This document shows positions 18,140 to 32,273 of a stretch of 64,000 bases of DNA, in pieces (the first letter of the stretch is position 1; each line of letters begins with the position of its first letter). The notes under the pieces are model-generated. The model worked only from the letters and a program-made list of their open reading frames with translations, did no database searches and was not told the origin of the DNA. The stretch is from the human T2T-CHM13v2.0 reference genome, Homo sapiens, in assembly GCF_009914755.1 (NCBI RefSeq), contig NC_060927.1; one strand, given 5' to 3'. A program made the translations under genes and the position numbers.

Positions 18140-19917
18140 TGTATGCTGCTTATAGCTATGTAGCCAAGGTATTCCTTTTACATCTTTAAATGTCCAAACA
18201 AAATTATTAACTGTAGAAAAATAAAGCACCAAAAAACCTAGATTTGAATTGTGCACCTTGCTCAAAACAAAACTAATGAATTAAAACTTTGAGGATAAGA
18301 TTTGAGCACAATTTTGCAAAATTAGCTTGAAGTAGTAGGCATGGGATAAAGAAAGTTTCTAATCCCCACCTACTTCTCTATCTCTAGCTCATTATTTCTT
18401 CTGAATTTACCCTACAGTCTTGTTAATTCACACTCAACTCTTCAATTTTCCCTTTACCTCTCTTTACCATTCCTTTGTGCCTTTGCATATACTGTTCTAT
18501 CTGCCTGAAACCCCCTTTCTACACTTCTGTATCTAGGTAAGTTGTGCTCATTTTTCAAGACTTGGTTCAAATCTTCTCTTTGAAGACTTTCTGATTTCTC
18601 CAAATTATGTGATTATATTTACACTTACATAATGATACATGGCTTGAAACAAAGCATTCTCTTTTAACCCTTGATACAGCCCCTGAGTCAGGCATTACTT
18701 TTTTTTTTACGATGAAAAAAACTTGGGACGAGAAATTAGATGAATTGTAAAAAATCTTATGTACAACATATGACAGAATCAAGACTTGAATAGCAGCCTT
18801 ATCACTCATTGTAGTGTATCACGGTAGGTTCACAATAAGGGACAGGATATATGTTGTCACAGTGTTCTTTCTCAGTGAAGTGCTTATATATTCAATAAGC
18901 TAATGGAAATACTCTCTGAGCTTCTTACAAGGCTTATGGTAGGTATGTAAACAATGCTTGCTTCAGTCTCCATTAAATCACTTTAAATGAGATACTGTGA
19001 GTATACACAATAATGCTATTCAAATGCTTTTGTGAGCAAATGAGATTTTCTGCTTAAATTCTTCTATCATCTTTTTCCTATTTTCAGAAAGAAAATGGGG
19101 ACAATTGCAATAATGGAAATGCAAGTGACTGGATTAGTCAATAGCATTGTTGAACTAAGTTAACAAACACCTTAGCTTTTCATGAACAATGATATAGCTA
19201 AACTGATTAACATAGAATGATATCAGAATTAGCTCATCACATTCATTTTTCTTCTTATCAGGAGTGACACTGTTGTAGCAGAGCAGTTGTTTTCTAGCTG
19301 GTATCTGTCATCATATATAAGATTATAACTGTGACATTGATTTTTTCCCATTATAATAGAGTGGATGTACCCTGCTTAGGTTTGAATGTAGGGCATTCTA
19401 TGAACCTCAGAAAAAAACAGCTGGTAAGGAAAGGGAGGAACAAATAGGCCAGAACTAAGAGATATACATTGGCTACGGAACTGGCTTTTCCAAAGATTCT
19501 GATGAGCAGAGCAAGTCACAAATTCCAGTTGGCAGACTTAGGTATGATTTTTCCTGGTGTAGACTTTCAAGAGGAAATGATGATATTGTAGAAGCATGTC
19601 AAAAAAGATTGTAGGCACCAATGATGCTCATCAAGTAAATGGCAACACCTTCATTTGGTTCAGATTCCCATTAACCACTCTGTGATGGCCAAGTGTTTGG
19701 ACTGGATGTAAACAGGATTCTACCCAACAATTAGAAACATGGAGAGAGTCTCCAATGTAGATCTGACAAGCAGTTCATCTCTAGATATATTATAGACTTC
19801 AAATTAAGAGCATAACTTCTTGAAGTTTGAGCTCTTCATGTTTAAGTTTTGGTCCTAACTGGGTTTAATGGAGCAGAAACTGCTAAATGAAGGACTTAAG
19901 TACTTACTTAATAAGTA

Positions 19918-20025
19918 AGTATATAGTAGATATATATATATAGAGAGAGAGAGAGTAGATATACTATATAGTTATATATAGTATATATATACATATATAC
20001 ACACACATATATATATATGATATAG
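19918..20025. repeat. compound (TA)n/(GA)n/(CA)n microsatellite
   Basis: Directly visible. Confidence 0.9.
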
Positions 20026-21384
20026 TAGAGATAGGTAGCAGGCAATAATTGGTCATGCTATTTAATTATTTATATTTTTGGTGAAAAGTAATGTAAGTTC
20101 TTGTCCTAAGTAAAGAGAGTCTCTGTGTAGCTTTCATCTTTCAAACCAACTGACAATAAAAAAGAGAAAGTGAAAAAGAAAAAATAAATAAGATTTGTCA
20201 TAAACTAGAAAATAGAAATAATGCTGAATCACAATAAAGAAAAGCCTAAAAATGCTTTGAAAATTAAAACTAGACGTGGGAAAACATGATCATGTTTATA
20301 AATATTTCAGAACAACTCTTCAGAGTTGTCCAAAAGTATATTTTGCATCCTGAGGAGGAAAATAAATTCCTCTCTTTGAACTAGTAGATGATCTACTAGT
20401 TGTGTAAGTTGTGTTGCTAGAGCCTTCCTAATCTCTGCCCTCCACAATATCATAACATGGGAGTGGCAGGGCCAAATGAGGAAATGCACAGAAAAGCCAT
20501 AGGGCAGGAGTCAGAATGTCATTGTGACAGTGCCAATTAAACCTGGATGGGATTCAGTTTACATCACGAGAAGGACTCATGACAAATCAGGTTCCACTCT
20601 GAGCAAGGCCAGCATACAGACACGCCATGGAGCAGGTTATTTCTTAGAATGTGTTCTGAAGCAACGGACTAACATCCTAGAGGCTGGCTGATCCACCCCA
20701 CACTCCCAACTACTTCCTGACACTATTCTTCAAAGATTATCTGGTCCGGAAAAAAAGTACTCCTATTTAAAAACGAGTAACCACAGCAACAAACGCTATG
20801 GGAGCTACAGAATCATCTACATCAGAATTAAGAGGGATGAAAAACAGCCAGGAGAAAAATAATTCAAGCCATAAAAGCTATACAGCAAAGCAAATTTAAA
20901 TTATGAGTTTTACATAAGTGCCACTGGAAATACAAAAAAAATTGAAAAGTCTAATTTCAATGTTTCAAGTTCAAACAAGATATGAAAAACAACAAAATTA
21001 TAAAGTGAAAAATAAGCTGAAAGGCCTTAGTGAAGAAATGGAAGAGATAAACACTAACATTGTGAAAGCAAAAGTCACATTTAAAGGAATAAAATGAAAA
21101 TCAGTCACTCCTTAAAGCACAGCAAGGGTGAATAAGATCAGCTTCCGAAAACTGAGTGGAACGAAATTGAAAAGACGTGCTTAACACGTTTGAGAAAAAG
21201 AATAGATATAGAAGAGAAAGGAAAGTCACATACAAATGGTTTAACTCCCTGAAAGGGATAAATTGAACAGAAAATAATCAGTTACATGTATACAGTAAAC
21301 AAGAATAGGGGTGAAACCAACCAAAATATGTGGTGGAGGCCAGGGTCAGGAATGGGGGAGATAAACAGACATTGTATAGACACC

Positions 21385-22002
21385 ATATCAGTCAGGGAAC
21401 AATCAGAGAAGTAGAGTCGTTGAGCCACATTTATTGTATTGATTGGACCTTCTACAATTGTGGAAGCTAAGTCATGTATGTAAGACTGTTGCTTCTGTGT
21501 TTCTTGCTAGAACCTGAAATATCCACAGGGAAGGCAGTTGGGAGGAAAGCCAAACATGATGTAGGAAGCAGGACAAAGGGGGAACCTCTGAGAATGGATT
21601 GGAGCCTACACTGGCCTCTCACCACCTCCAGTCCTCCGGCTTTGATAAGGCAGGGGTGGCCTGCAGGAGAAACTGATTTTCTTCATCTCAGGGCTGAGCA
21701 CACACCTGGCCCAGGATTTAGAGGAGCTGAAGGAGGGAATGTGGCACAAACTTAAGGAGCTAAACTTCAGCTTCTGTCCCACAGCAAAAAGGTGAGATGG
21801 AAAAGATGCAACAGCTCAGGAGAGCTACAGTGTCTAATGCCCTGCACCAAACTACTGTGTGTAAAAATATACGTATATATGGCTACTGCTTCACTGTAAA
21901 ATGTCTGTGGTGTCCCATGCTAACCAGATACTACGTAGGGCACAGGGATCTGGAAAATACTGTTCCAGGTTGGTTAACGTGATACAATATAAATCCACCA
22001 CA
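21385..22002 (-). mobile_element. ERVL solo LTR (LTR52/LTR41-like)
   Basis: Reverse strand begins tgtggtggatttatattgtatc; internal ggcctgcaggagaaactg, cacacacctggcccagga, gagctgaaggagg. Confidence 0.65.
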
Positions 22003-22179
22003 ACCTATTGGAGTCCTAATTGCCATATATAAATAGGTATCTTTGAAAGCTGATGAATCAAGAATTCCAAGTATCAAAACATTTTTTCAAAAGTTAAATT
22101 TTATAAAGATATCCAGATGAAGTTACAAAATGTAAAGAAAATCTTTCCAAACATTAGGAAGAGGAAAAACTGTTCTTTT

Positions 22180-22260
22180 CTCTCTGTATTTCTTTCTCTC
22201 TGTCTCTGTCTCTCAAAGACACACATACATGCACACACACACGCACACACACACACACAC
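22180..22260. repeat. (CT)-rich tract followed by (CA)n microsatellite
   Basis: Directly visible. Confidence 0.9.
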
Positions 22261-22309
22261 AAATCTTTAATCACGGCAATAAAATATATTGGGAAGAGGA
22301 GAGCTATAA

Positions 22310-22470
22310 AATCAGATTTGCCAGGGGTAGATTCCTGGCTCTCATTCTCATTATTTATGTGACTTTAGGAAAATTAATACATATAAACTCAGTTTACACA
22401 CTCCTAAAATGGTAATAATAGTACCTTCTTCACGATGAGAGAGTAAGTTAATACATGCATGATGCCAGAT
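22310..22470 (+). mobile_element. MIR
   Basis: attcctggctctca...tgtgactttagg...ctcagttt...taaaatggtaataatagtacc. Confidence 0.7.
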
Positions 22471-25400
22471 AACTTTGGATCATTCTCCTAAATTGTTGGA
22501 AACTTTTGCCAAAATTACTAAGTTGTGCAATTTGGGGAGTAGCACAGACAAGCCCTACAGCAACTGGGTGAGACAGTCATTGCTGAATCTCTGTGGCAGG
22601 AATTATTATGACGTTGGAGCCTTTTTACTGAACTCTGTGTCAGATGAGCTCCCAACAATTTCCAGATCATCAAGAAAAGTCCAGTTTTCAAAAAGATATG
22701 GCAAGAAATCTCACAGTCAAGAATCTGAGAATTGTGCTCAAGCCAGTGTCATAAATATTTCTCAGAAGTAGAAAAGCAGAGAGAAAGAATGTTTCCCTCC
22801 AGAACCACGAGATGATCTCCCGCTTCCTCCGTGGAAAATAGTCCTCTTCAACCTGTATTTCATTGCTGAGTTTTTGTTTTGATTTTGAAGCCACAGATTA
22901 ATCATGCAATTTTGGCAGCAAATGAACGACTAGTATGCTCACCACAACACAGGACTTGAATGTAGCAAGTACGTGAGCTAGTTGCAGTTAAGTTTTAGGC
23001 TCTAGAAAATGCATTTGAATCTGAGGAGAAAAAAATAAGTATATATGTGGCTTTAAATTCAACCATTCGTTGGAAGACTTTCTACAATGTTGGCAGCATT
23101 TATGAAATAGTTATATTTATTTCTTTTTGGAATACATATTTTTTCTCTTATAAACAACTATATATAATGTAAGGGCAATCATAATTTACCATAGAAAGCC
23201 ACATCATGCAATAAACCATCTGAGCACTCTTTTGGCCTCTGTTATAATTTACTGTATTCAAAGCTGTTGGTGAATTGTGTGGGTGGTAACGTTATGAGTT
23301 TTTCAATATCTCACTAAGTATATTTAGAATGCTTAATTGAAGCTTAACCTTTATTTTGTTCAATACATGTTGTTTCTAGCTAATAGTTTTGGGGGAAATA
23401 ATCCCCTAGGTCAAAGTCTTATATTTAGCTGCTTCTGTTTTCTTTTAAAGCTAGAAAAATGAAGGGTGTGAATGAATTGATATAACAGGAAATCAACAGG
23501 GTAAAGAATAATTTTGATGATTTCTTCTTGGCATTGCAATTATATCCAGTACACTTGATGATGAAATAAACAAATAGTTCAAACAAAGCCATTAATTTTC
23601 TTCCTATCTACACAATTTTAATTAGAAACATTTAATTAGACTTGGCTAAAATTTCTCAACAAGATTGCAGAATGCATGCTTATGCTACTTGTACACCAGG
23701 AAATGTATTTTTCAGCATTTACTAAGTACAACAAATAGCTGCCATGATTGTAGGTATTTCATGGAAAACATTCTTGTCAAAATTATCTTTTATCCCAAAA
23801 AGCTTTCACTGGAAAACAAAGTTCCCTCAGAGTTTATTAGTTATTAAGCTTTGATATTTTAATTGTTATAATAAATAAGATGCCTTTTTAATATATTAAC
23901 TGCATTTTATATTATGTCATTTTTATGGCAAGCAATAAATGTGTTTGATGTTCTTGATACTATTTCACCACTGAATTTTTTAAACTTTCATTATCATGAG
24001 CATTTCTGACATGAATTAAAATGACATGCAAATCTGTAAGCTCATTTCACTGAAGCAAAAATGCTAAATTGTTGAATTCATAGAGCCTTTTAATCTTTAG
24101 GGGCAAATATTGTTTTCAACTAAATTTGATAGAACTCAACCAATTGTTTTAAGTAGTTCTCTTTTATTTCTCTCATTCTACAACCATTTGTGTGTAGAAA
24201 ATATGCAAACACAGTTGTTTTTCAACTTAAAAAATAATAAACATTATTTCCACTAGCATGTTAAATTATTTGAAGGCACTGTACTAGGCTTTCTAGTTAA
24301 AGAAACTTATATTACCTAATTACACCCAAGAGGTAAGGTCCTTATATGACTCACCAAATATTTACTAATAAATTGTTAAATATAGTTATTTTGAGATGTC
24401 TATGTTTCTAATTGCATTTAATAATAAATAAAAATTTAAATGTTATCTTTAATAATCACATATCAGTACTATATTCTTATTCTCAGCATCTTGGGAAAGA
24501 CGTTTAAGTTTAACTAGAGTGACAGTTATTTTGGCATTTAAGAGTAGAGCTTATTAATATTTAAATCTATGCAATTAGATTTCAATTTTTTTCAAACGTT
24601 TTTTGTTATTAGGACACATTCAAATTTTTAATTTTTTCTAAATTTATAAAAGTATCTACATGGTTGTTTAAAATGTACTTCAGAAATCTATAGCAATGGG
24701 AATAAATCCCATATAATTGCCCCAAAAGATACAAAATGTTAAATAGTTTGATGCATATTTTAACAGATTTTTACCCTACATATGTTTAATTTTTCAATAA
24801 AATAGTGAAACTACTTGTACATATTCACTTGCAACTGGTTCTTTCTATTCAATAATGTATTTTAATCATGAATGAATTCAATATATAATGGATTTAAAGA
24901 AAAAATACATGGTTAGTCTGAACGCTGCCTGAGAATTCCATGGTTATTCTAAAACTGAAAAAGTCAGCTTTGTTCTCTTTTTTTACTTCTTCAATTTATC
25001 ATCATAGACACACAGAGGAAGCAAATCTCGATTCACTCCTATGGAGTGAGCATCACTTTTATCTTCATGTTACAGCTGGGGAGTCAGAGACAGAACATTC
25101 AAGCAATTTGTCCGATCCCATACTTTCAGGAAGGGAAGGAGCCAGGATTTGGAAAGTGGCAGCTATGGTGTCGCCAGTCCATTTTCCTAAGTACTATGTT
25201 CCTTACCACCCACAGGAAACAACCCTCCCCACAATAACTGAGCTCTGCTACGGTCACTAACGAGGTAAATGAATAATATGCGCCTACACTGTACCCCACC
25301 CACCGACCTGTTTAAGACACACAATACAACTTCATGCCTGGAATCATAACCATTTACTTCAGTCCCAAAACGTCAGAGATGCTCGCTAATGACTGCCCTT

Positions 25401-25876
25401 CTTAAAGTTAATTCTGTAAATGTTAAGTATTATCATCTCCTAAGCCTTTCCCAAAGTGTGTGTTCCATGAATAGTCTATGGAAATGAAAGAGCTGTTATT
25501 TACTCAAAAGTTATTTGTAGGAAGAGGAGGAGAACTCATGAAAATATACATTGTGAGCCTCTAAAAAAGGCATCAAATATACTGATCTTCATTTTGTCTG
25601 TAAAATATTTTATAATATATCACTTTTCTTTTTCAGAATATTCCTAGGTACAATGGTTCCGGGAAAAAGATTTTGGGAAAATGCTTATCTAATCTGTAAT
25701 CACCAAAGAACATAAATTTAGAGTTTGAATAGAATAGAATAGAATAAAATAGATGCAAGTCACTGCTTCATGCTTTTTATATATTTTAACTTGCGTAGTC
25801 TCAGTTTGGCATTTGGAAAGTGAGAATAATCATAAGTATTCCATAACATTTTGTGAAGATAAAATAGCTAATATAT

Positions 25877-26265
25877 TATGGCAGATTTATGGAGTACCAC
25901 AAATTCATTGGTACTCCTTCATTAAGAGATAGAAACTGTTTAGTCTGGGTTAGTCTGTAACTGCATTTATCAATAGACTATGGTAGAAATGATGCTATTT
26001 CCTGTAATAAGCCTGGCAGCTTTTAACTTGGTCTCATGAAAAAATCAAGCCATCATGTATAAAATACTGTGATACCACCATGCTGTGAGGCAGCCCCAGA
26101 CACGTGGGGAGGCTCTGGAGCATGAAAAAGCATGCAAAGAAAGAAATAGAGCAGTCATGATATGCCCCAGTGCCAGACCAATAAGTGAAGAAGACATCTT
26201 GGAAGTGGATATACTCCAGGCCCAAATGCTATAAATGAAACTATCTGGATTAAAATTCAACTATC
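25877..26265 (+). mobile_element. MLT1 (MLT1H-like) LTR, 5' part
   Basis: caatagactatggtagaaatgatgct, ccaccatgctgtgaggcagccc, ccagacca..agtgaagaagacatcttggaagtggat; breaks off at the L1M. Confidence 0.72.
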
Positions 26266-26589
26266 CTGAGAAGTGATGTCAGCAGAAGTTTTAAAGTATG
26301 AAGCTGGGAAAACATACTCCTCCATAAGAGCAATGAGTACTAACAAAAATTGTCAAAATCAAATCTGGAAATTAACCAAAGGCTTACAACAATCTGGTAG
26401 CAGTCATTCAAGAAAAATGGATGTTTCTGAGTAATAACAATGACTTTTGTGGCATTTTACTTTGCTGTATTCCTATCCCCCACTCTCCCACTCCACAGTT
26501 CCCTTGCAAATGAGCAGCCTTGGAATTATTGTAGTCATAAAAAGCAGAATCAAGGGACAACTAAGATACCTGACAAAAGAAAGTTTGGA

Positions 26590-27077
<488 letters not shown>

Positions 27078-28013
27078 CTAAGGAAGGGGTGAGTGAAGGA
27101 ACTGCAGGGGACCACACTCCTGCTAGGACCTCTGCGATCCTAGCTACAAGAGATCCCTAGACCTCCATAGACTTTTGAATTTGCAGGGGGAATTGACCAG
27201 AGAGCAGGCAGAGATACAGCCAGAACCTTGGCAGAGCCCAGAAAGTTTCCTGGTGTGCAGTGCGACTGCAGCAAAAGGCAGCCAGAGACCATCTCCCAAG
27301 GCTCTCCATCTTGCTCTGAGTGACTCCAGTCCCTGCTGACTCCTGGGCCAGGAGAGAGCACGGCTGCCTCTCCCACAGGTCCAGGGTGCATCCGATCCAC
27401 ACAATCCCTTGTGCACAGGCCGCTCCCAGACTGACTGCCTGGCCGCTCCTACAGGAGAGGCGCCCACAGCGCGGCCTCCCCTGGCCCGCCTGAGTGTTTC
27501 ACAGGTAACCTGGGAGCAGTCAGGCATGCCCAGCGCAGCCTGCACTTGACCTTGAGAGGACAGAGGGCAAAACTGCAGGCCTGGTCCCAATTCCCCAAGA
27601 TTTGAGCACAGTACCCAGAGGTATGGAGCTGAGATCTGCAGCCCGAGCTCAAGTTGGGGAGGAGCCCCACTCATAGAACATCAAGCAGAGTGTCGCATGG
27701 GTTCATGTGTGCTGGTGCAGGAGCTGGGTGTCCCTCCCTCCACAACATCAGTCTGGGAAAGACATAGCCTGTTAGCCAGCCACAGGCCCCTTTCCCAGGG
27801 AGATCCGTGGCCTGGAACACCTGGAACAGCCCAGTAATCTGGGCACAGAGGCTTGAGACAAGTCCAGCTGGTTGGGCCTGCTCCTGGAGTCAATGCTGGA
27901 AGGGGGCTCAGTGAACAGGGTGCGAGCAGGGCAGTCCCCACAGCTGTCTGCTTGGATAACAGCCCCGGACCACAGGTGCCACACCAGCTGCACATTTACA
28001 ATACAGCCGCCCT

Positions 28014-28293
28014 GATCACGAGGTCAGGAGATTGAGACCATCCTGGCCAACACGGTGAAACCCCGTCTCTACTAAAAATACAAAAAAATTGGCCGGGCAT
28101 GGTGGCGGGCGCCTGTAGTCCCAGCTATTCAGGAGGCTGAGGCAGGAGAATGGTGTGAACCTGGGAAACGGAGCTTGCAGTGAGCCAAGATCGCATCACT
28201 GCACTCCAGCCTGGGAGACAGAGCGAGACTCCATCTCAAAAGCAAAGCAAAGCAAAACAAAACAAAACAAAACCAAAAACAAACCAAAAAAAA
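28014..28293 (+). mobile_element. 5'-truncated AluY-type element
   Basis: gatcacgaggtcaggagattgagaccatcctgg, aatggtgtgaacc, gagcttgcag; patterned (A3GC/A4C) tail; TSD at 27999-28013 and 28296-28310. Confidence 0.93.
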
Positions 28294-31210
28294 CCCACTA
28301 CGGCTGCCCTGCCAAGGGATCCTCCAACCTTGACACATTTCATCACTAGACCACCCTCAAACATACCCTACAACACACTCTGACTTTGCCAAGCTCAGAG
28401 AACCAGCAGGTCCCCAGGGACTTGCAGGTCTCCTGGTGACCTAAACTTTGGCTCAGACTGCCCCTCTGGGACATGAGAGCACAGACCGCCAAAGCCCCAC
28501 GTGGACCTAAGGTAACATGAGCAGGGCGCCAGCAATTGCAGGGGCTCCACCAAAGCCTAGGAACAAACTTGATGAGGGACTCTTCTCTCATCCTCCATGT
28601 CCCTTCTCCCGAGCACTGCTGGGTATGCACTGAAATACAAAAGAAGTATGTGGCTAAGAGCCCACCTACTGGCCCTACTCTTAAGCACTATCTACTGGAT
28701 CACAGCATGAATGACTACACCAAACAAAAATTCTTTCAGCACAGTTGAATGCCTGTGAAACCCAACATGGGAAACAACCCACAATTAAGGAAACTTTGGA
28801 GAACCTTGACCCTCTGCAAGCACTCAGATACAAAGCCAATTGATTACCCACAATGTACACTGCAGTCAAATCCTCAAAGTAAAAAGAATATGAAAATAAA
28901 AGGTCCCATCTAAATAGTAGCAATTTCAAAAAGAAAAGAAACACCAGACCCCTCAGATGAATAGGAATTAGTGCAAGGACGCTGGCAACTCAGAAAGTCA
29001 GAGTATTTCCTTACTTCTGAAAGATTATAGTAGCTCCCTAGAAATGGATAGTAATAAGACTGAAATGTCTGAAATGACAAACACAGAATTCAGAATTTGG
29101 ATGTCAGGAAAGCTCAACAAGATTCAAAACAAAGTTGAAATCCAATCCAAAGAACATAGAAAAATGAGTGAAGACTTGAAAGATGACATAGGCATTTTAA
29201 GAAAGAACCAAACTAAACTTCTGGAATTGACAAATTCAGTACAGGAATTTCAAAACAGAGTTGGAAGCCCTAGCAACAGACTAGACCAAGCTGAGGCAAG
29301 AATTTCAGAACTGGAGACCAGTCCTTAAAATCAACTTAGTCAGACAGAAATAAAGAAAAAGGAATCTTTTAAAAAATGAACAAAGTATCCAAGAAATATA
29401 AGATTATGTAAAGGGACCAAACACATGACTCATTGACATTCCTGAGAGAGAAGGAAGAGAGTAAGCAAATTGGAAAACATATATGAGGACATAATCCACA
29501 AAAATTTCCCCAATCTCACCGGAGAGGGTGACATGCAAATTCAAGAAACTTAGAGAATCCCTGTGAGATACTATACAAGAAGACAATCCCTAAGACACAT
29601 TCACCAAGGTCAATGCAAATGAAAAACTCTTAAAGGAAGCTAGAGAAAAGGGTCAGATCATATATGAAGGGAATACCAACTGGCTAACAGTGAACTTCCC
29701 AGAAGAAACCTTACAATCCAGAAGAGACTGTGGACCCATTTTCAGCATTCTTAAAGTAAAGAAATTCCAACCAAGAATTTCATATCCCATCAAACTAAGC
29801 TTCATAAGTGAAGAAGTGATGAAATATTTTTCCAGAGAAGCAATCACTAGAGGAATTTGCTACCACTAGATGAGCCTTACAGAGATCTTTAAGAGAGTTC
29901 TAAACATGGAAGCAAAATAAAGACACCTGCTACCACAAAAACACACATGGGTATATAGCTCACTGATACTCCAAAGCAACTACACAATCAAGATTACAAA
30001 GCAACCAGGTACCGACACTGTGATAGGATGAAAACCTCCTACCTCAATAGTAACCTTAGATGTAAACAGTCTAAATACACCACTTAAAAGGCATGGAGTG
30101 ACAAGTTGGATTAAAAACAAAAACAAAAAATACAAGAGCCAGCCTTCTACTGTCTTCAAGAGACCCATCTCACATGTCACATGTAGTGACACCCATAGGC
30201 TCAAAGAATTGATGAAAACAGAAAACATGCAAACAGAAAACAAAAACATACATAGGTCACTATTCTTATATCAAATAAAACAGACTGTAAATCAACCACA
30301 TTAAAAAAAATGACAAAAAGGTCATTACATATTAATAAAGGGTTCCATTCAACAAGAAGACTTAACTATCCTAAATGTGTACTTACCTAATATTGGAACA
30401 CACAGATTCATAGAAGACGACTTAGGCAGCCATGCAATAATAGTAGGAGACTTAAACACACCACTGACAGTATTAGATCATTGAGGCAGAAAATAAATTT
30501 TGAACTTAAATTAGCCACTTCACCAATGGACCTAACAGACATCTATAGAATACTTCACCCAAAAAACACAGAATATACATTTTTCTCATCTGCACATGGA
30601 GTGTATATTAAGATCAACCACATGCTGGGTCATAAAGCAAGTCTTGATAAGTTTTAGAAAAATCAAAATCATACTAAGCACATTCTCATACTAAGCACAG
30701 TGGAATAAAAATAGAAATCAATGCCAAGAAGATTTCTCAAAACCACCCAATTACATGGAAACTAAACAACTTCCTCCTGAATGACTTTTGTTAAACAACA
30801 AAATTAAGGCAGAAATTTAAAAAAAATCCTTTTAAATAAATGAAAATGGAGATAAAACATACCAACATCTCTGAGATGCAGCAATAGTAGTGTTAAGAGG
30901 AAAGTTTATAGTGCTAACTGCCTACATCGAGAAGTTAGAAAGATTGCAAATTAACAGTCAAACATCACACCTATAAAAACTAGAAAAAAACACTATTTCT
31001 ATCAAACTATCAACATCATCTTTCACAGAATTAGAAAAAAAAAGTATTCTAAAATTCATATGGAACAAAAAAGAGCTCAAACAAGCAAGGTGATCCTATG
31101 GAAAAAAAAAAAAAAAAAAGCTGGAGACATCATATTACCTGACTTCAAACTGTTCTACAGGGCTGCAATAACGGAAACAGCATAATGCTGGTACAAAAAC
31201 AGACAGGTAG

Positions 31211-32273
31211 TGTTGCAGGAAGTCAGGGATCCCGAATGGAGGGACTGGCTGGAGCCACAGCAGAGGAACATAAATTTTGAAGATTTCATTTTAATGTGGA
31301 CATTTATCAGTTCCCAAATAATACTTTTATAATTTCTTATGCCTGTCTTTACTTCACTCTCTTAATCCTGTTATCTTCGTAAGGTGAAGACATTATGTCA
31401 CCTCAGGACCACTGAGAGACTTGTGTTAACTGTATAACTGATTGTAAAATGTGTCTTTGAACACTATGAAATCAGTGCACCTTGAAAAAGAACAGAATAA
31501 CAGAGATTTTTATGGAACAAGGGAAGACAACCATAAGGTCTGACTGCCTGCGGGGTCGGGCAAAAAGTGTGGGGTCGGGCAAAAAGAGCCATATTTTTTC
31601 TTCTTGCAGAGAGCCTATAAACAGACGTGCAAGTAGAAGAGATGTTGCTAAATTCTTTTCCTAGCAAGGAATATTAATATTAATACCCTGGGAAAGGAAT
31701 GCATTCCTGGGGGGAGGTCTAAAAACAGCTGCTCTGAGAATGTCTGTCTTCTGCAGTTGAGATAAGGACTGAGATATGCCCTGGTCTCCTGCAGAATTCT
31801 CAGGCTTACTATGGTGGGGAAAAATTCTGCCCGGTAAGTTTGTGGTCAGACTGGTTCTCTGCTCATAAACCCTGTTTTCTATTGTGTAAGATGTTTATCA
31901 AGACAATACATGCACTGCTGAACAAAGACCCTTATCAGTGGTTCTGCTTTTTCCCTTTATCCTGTTCCCTCAGAAGCATATGATCTTTGTTAGACCCTTA
32001 TTAGTAGTTCTGCTTTTTGCCCTTTGAAGCATGTGATCTTTGTACCTAATCCCTGTTCTTATACCTCCTCCCCTTTTGAAACCCTTAATAAAAACTTGCT
32101 GGTTTGAGGCGCAGGCAGGCATCATGGTCCTACTGATATGTGATGTCACCCCCAGTGGCCCAGCTGTAAAATTCCTCTCTTTATACTGTCTCTCTTTATT
32201 TCTCAGCCGGCCGACACTTATGGAAAATAGAAAGAACCTATGTTAAAATACTAGGGGCGGATTTTCCCCAATA
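31211..32273 (+). mobile_element. MER11 solo LTR (HERV-K HML-8 group)
   Basis: Begins tgttgcaggaagtcagggatcccgaatggagggac, ends ttttccccaata, ~1.06 kb; degenerate 6-bp TSD aggtag/acatag inside L1 ORF2. Confidence 0.93.

Larger units (their letters stand above)
16030..18155 (+). mobile_element. old L1M 5' half (5' UTR, ORF1 remnant, start of ORF2)
   Basis: 5'-end-like ctactttcagccaag...aaacaactagaaaactggacaaaacatatgaaac; ORF1-like ctgtcaacctag..atatctttc..aatgaagacaaaataaagac; ORF2 start aaatgtaaatgg...agacagagactgtcagagtagattaaaaaa. Confidence 0.8.

Noticed and set aside
16039-18172. 11-bp direct repeat agccaaggtat as a TSD
   Set aside because: The left copy seems to lie within the L1M 5' terminus and there is no poly(A) before the right copy; probably chance.
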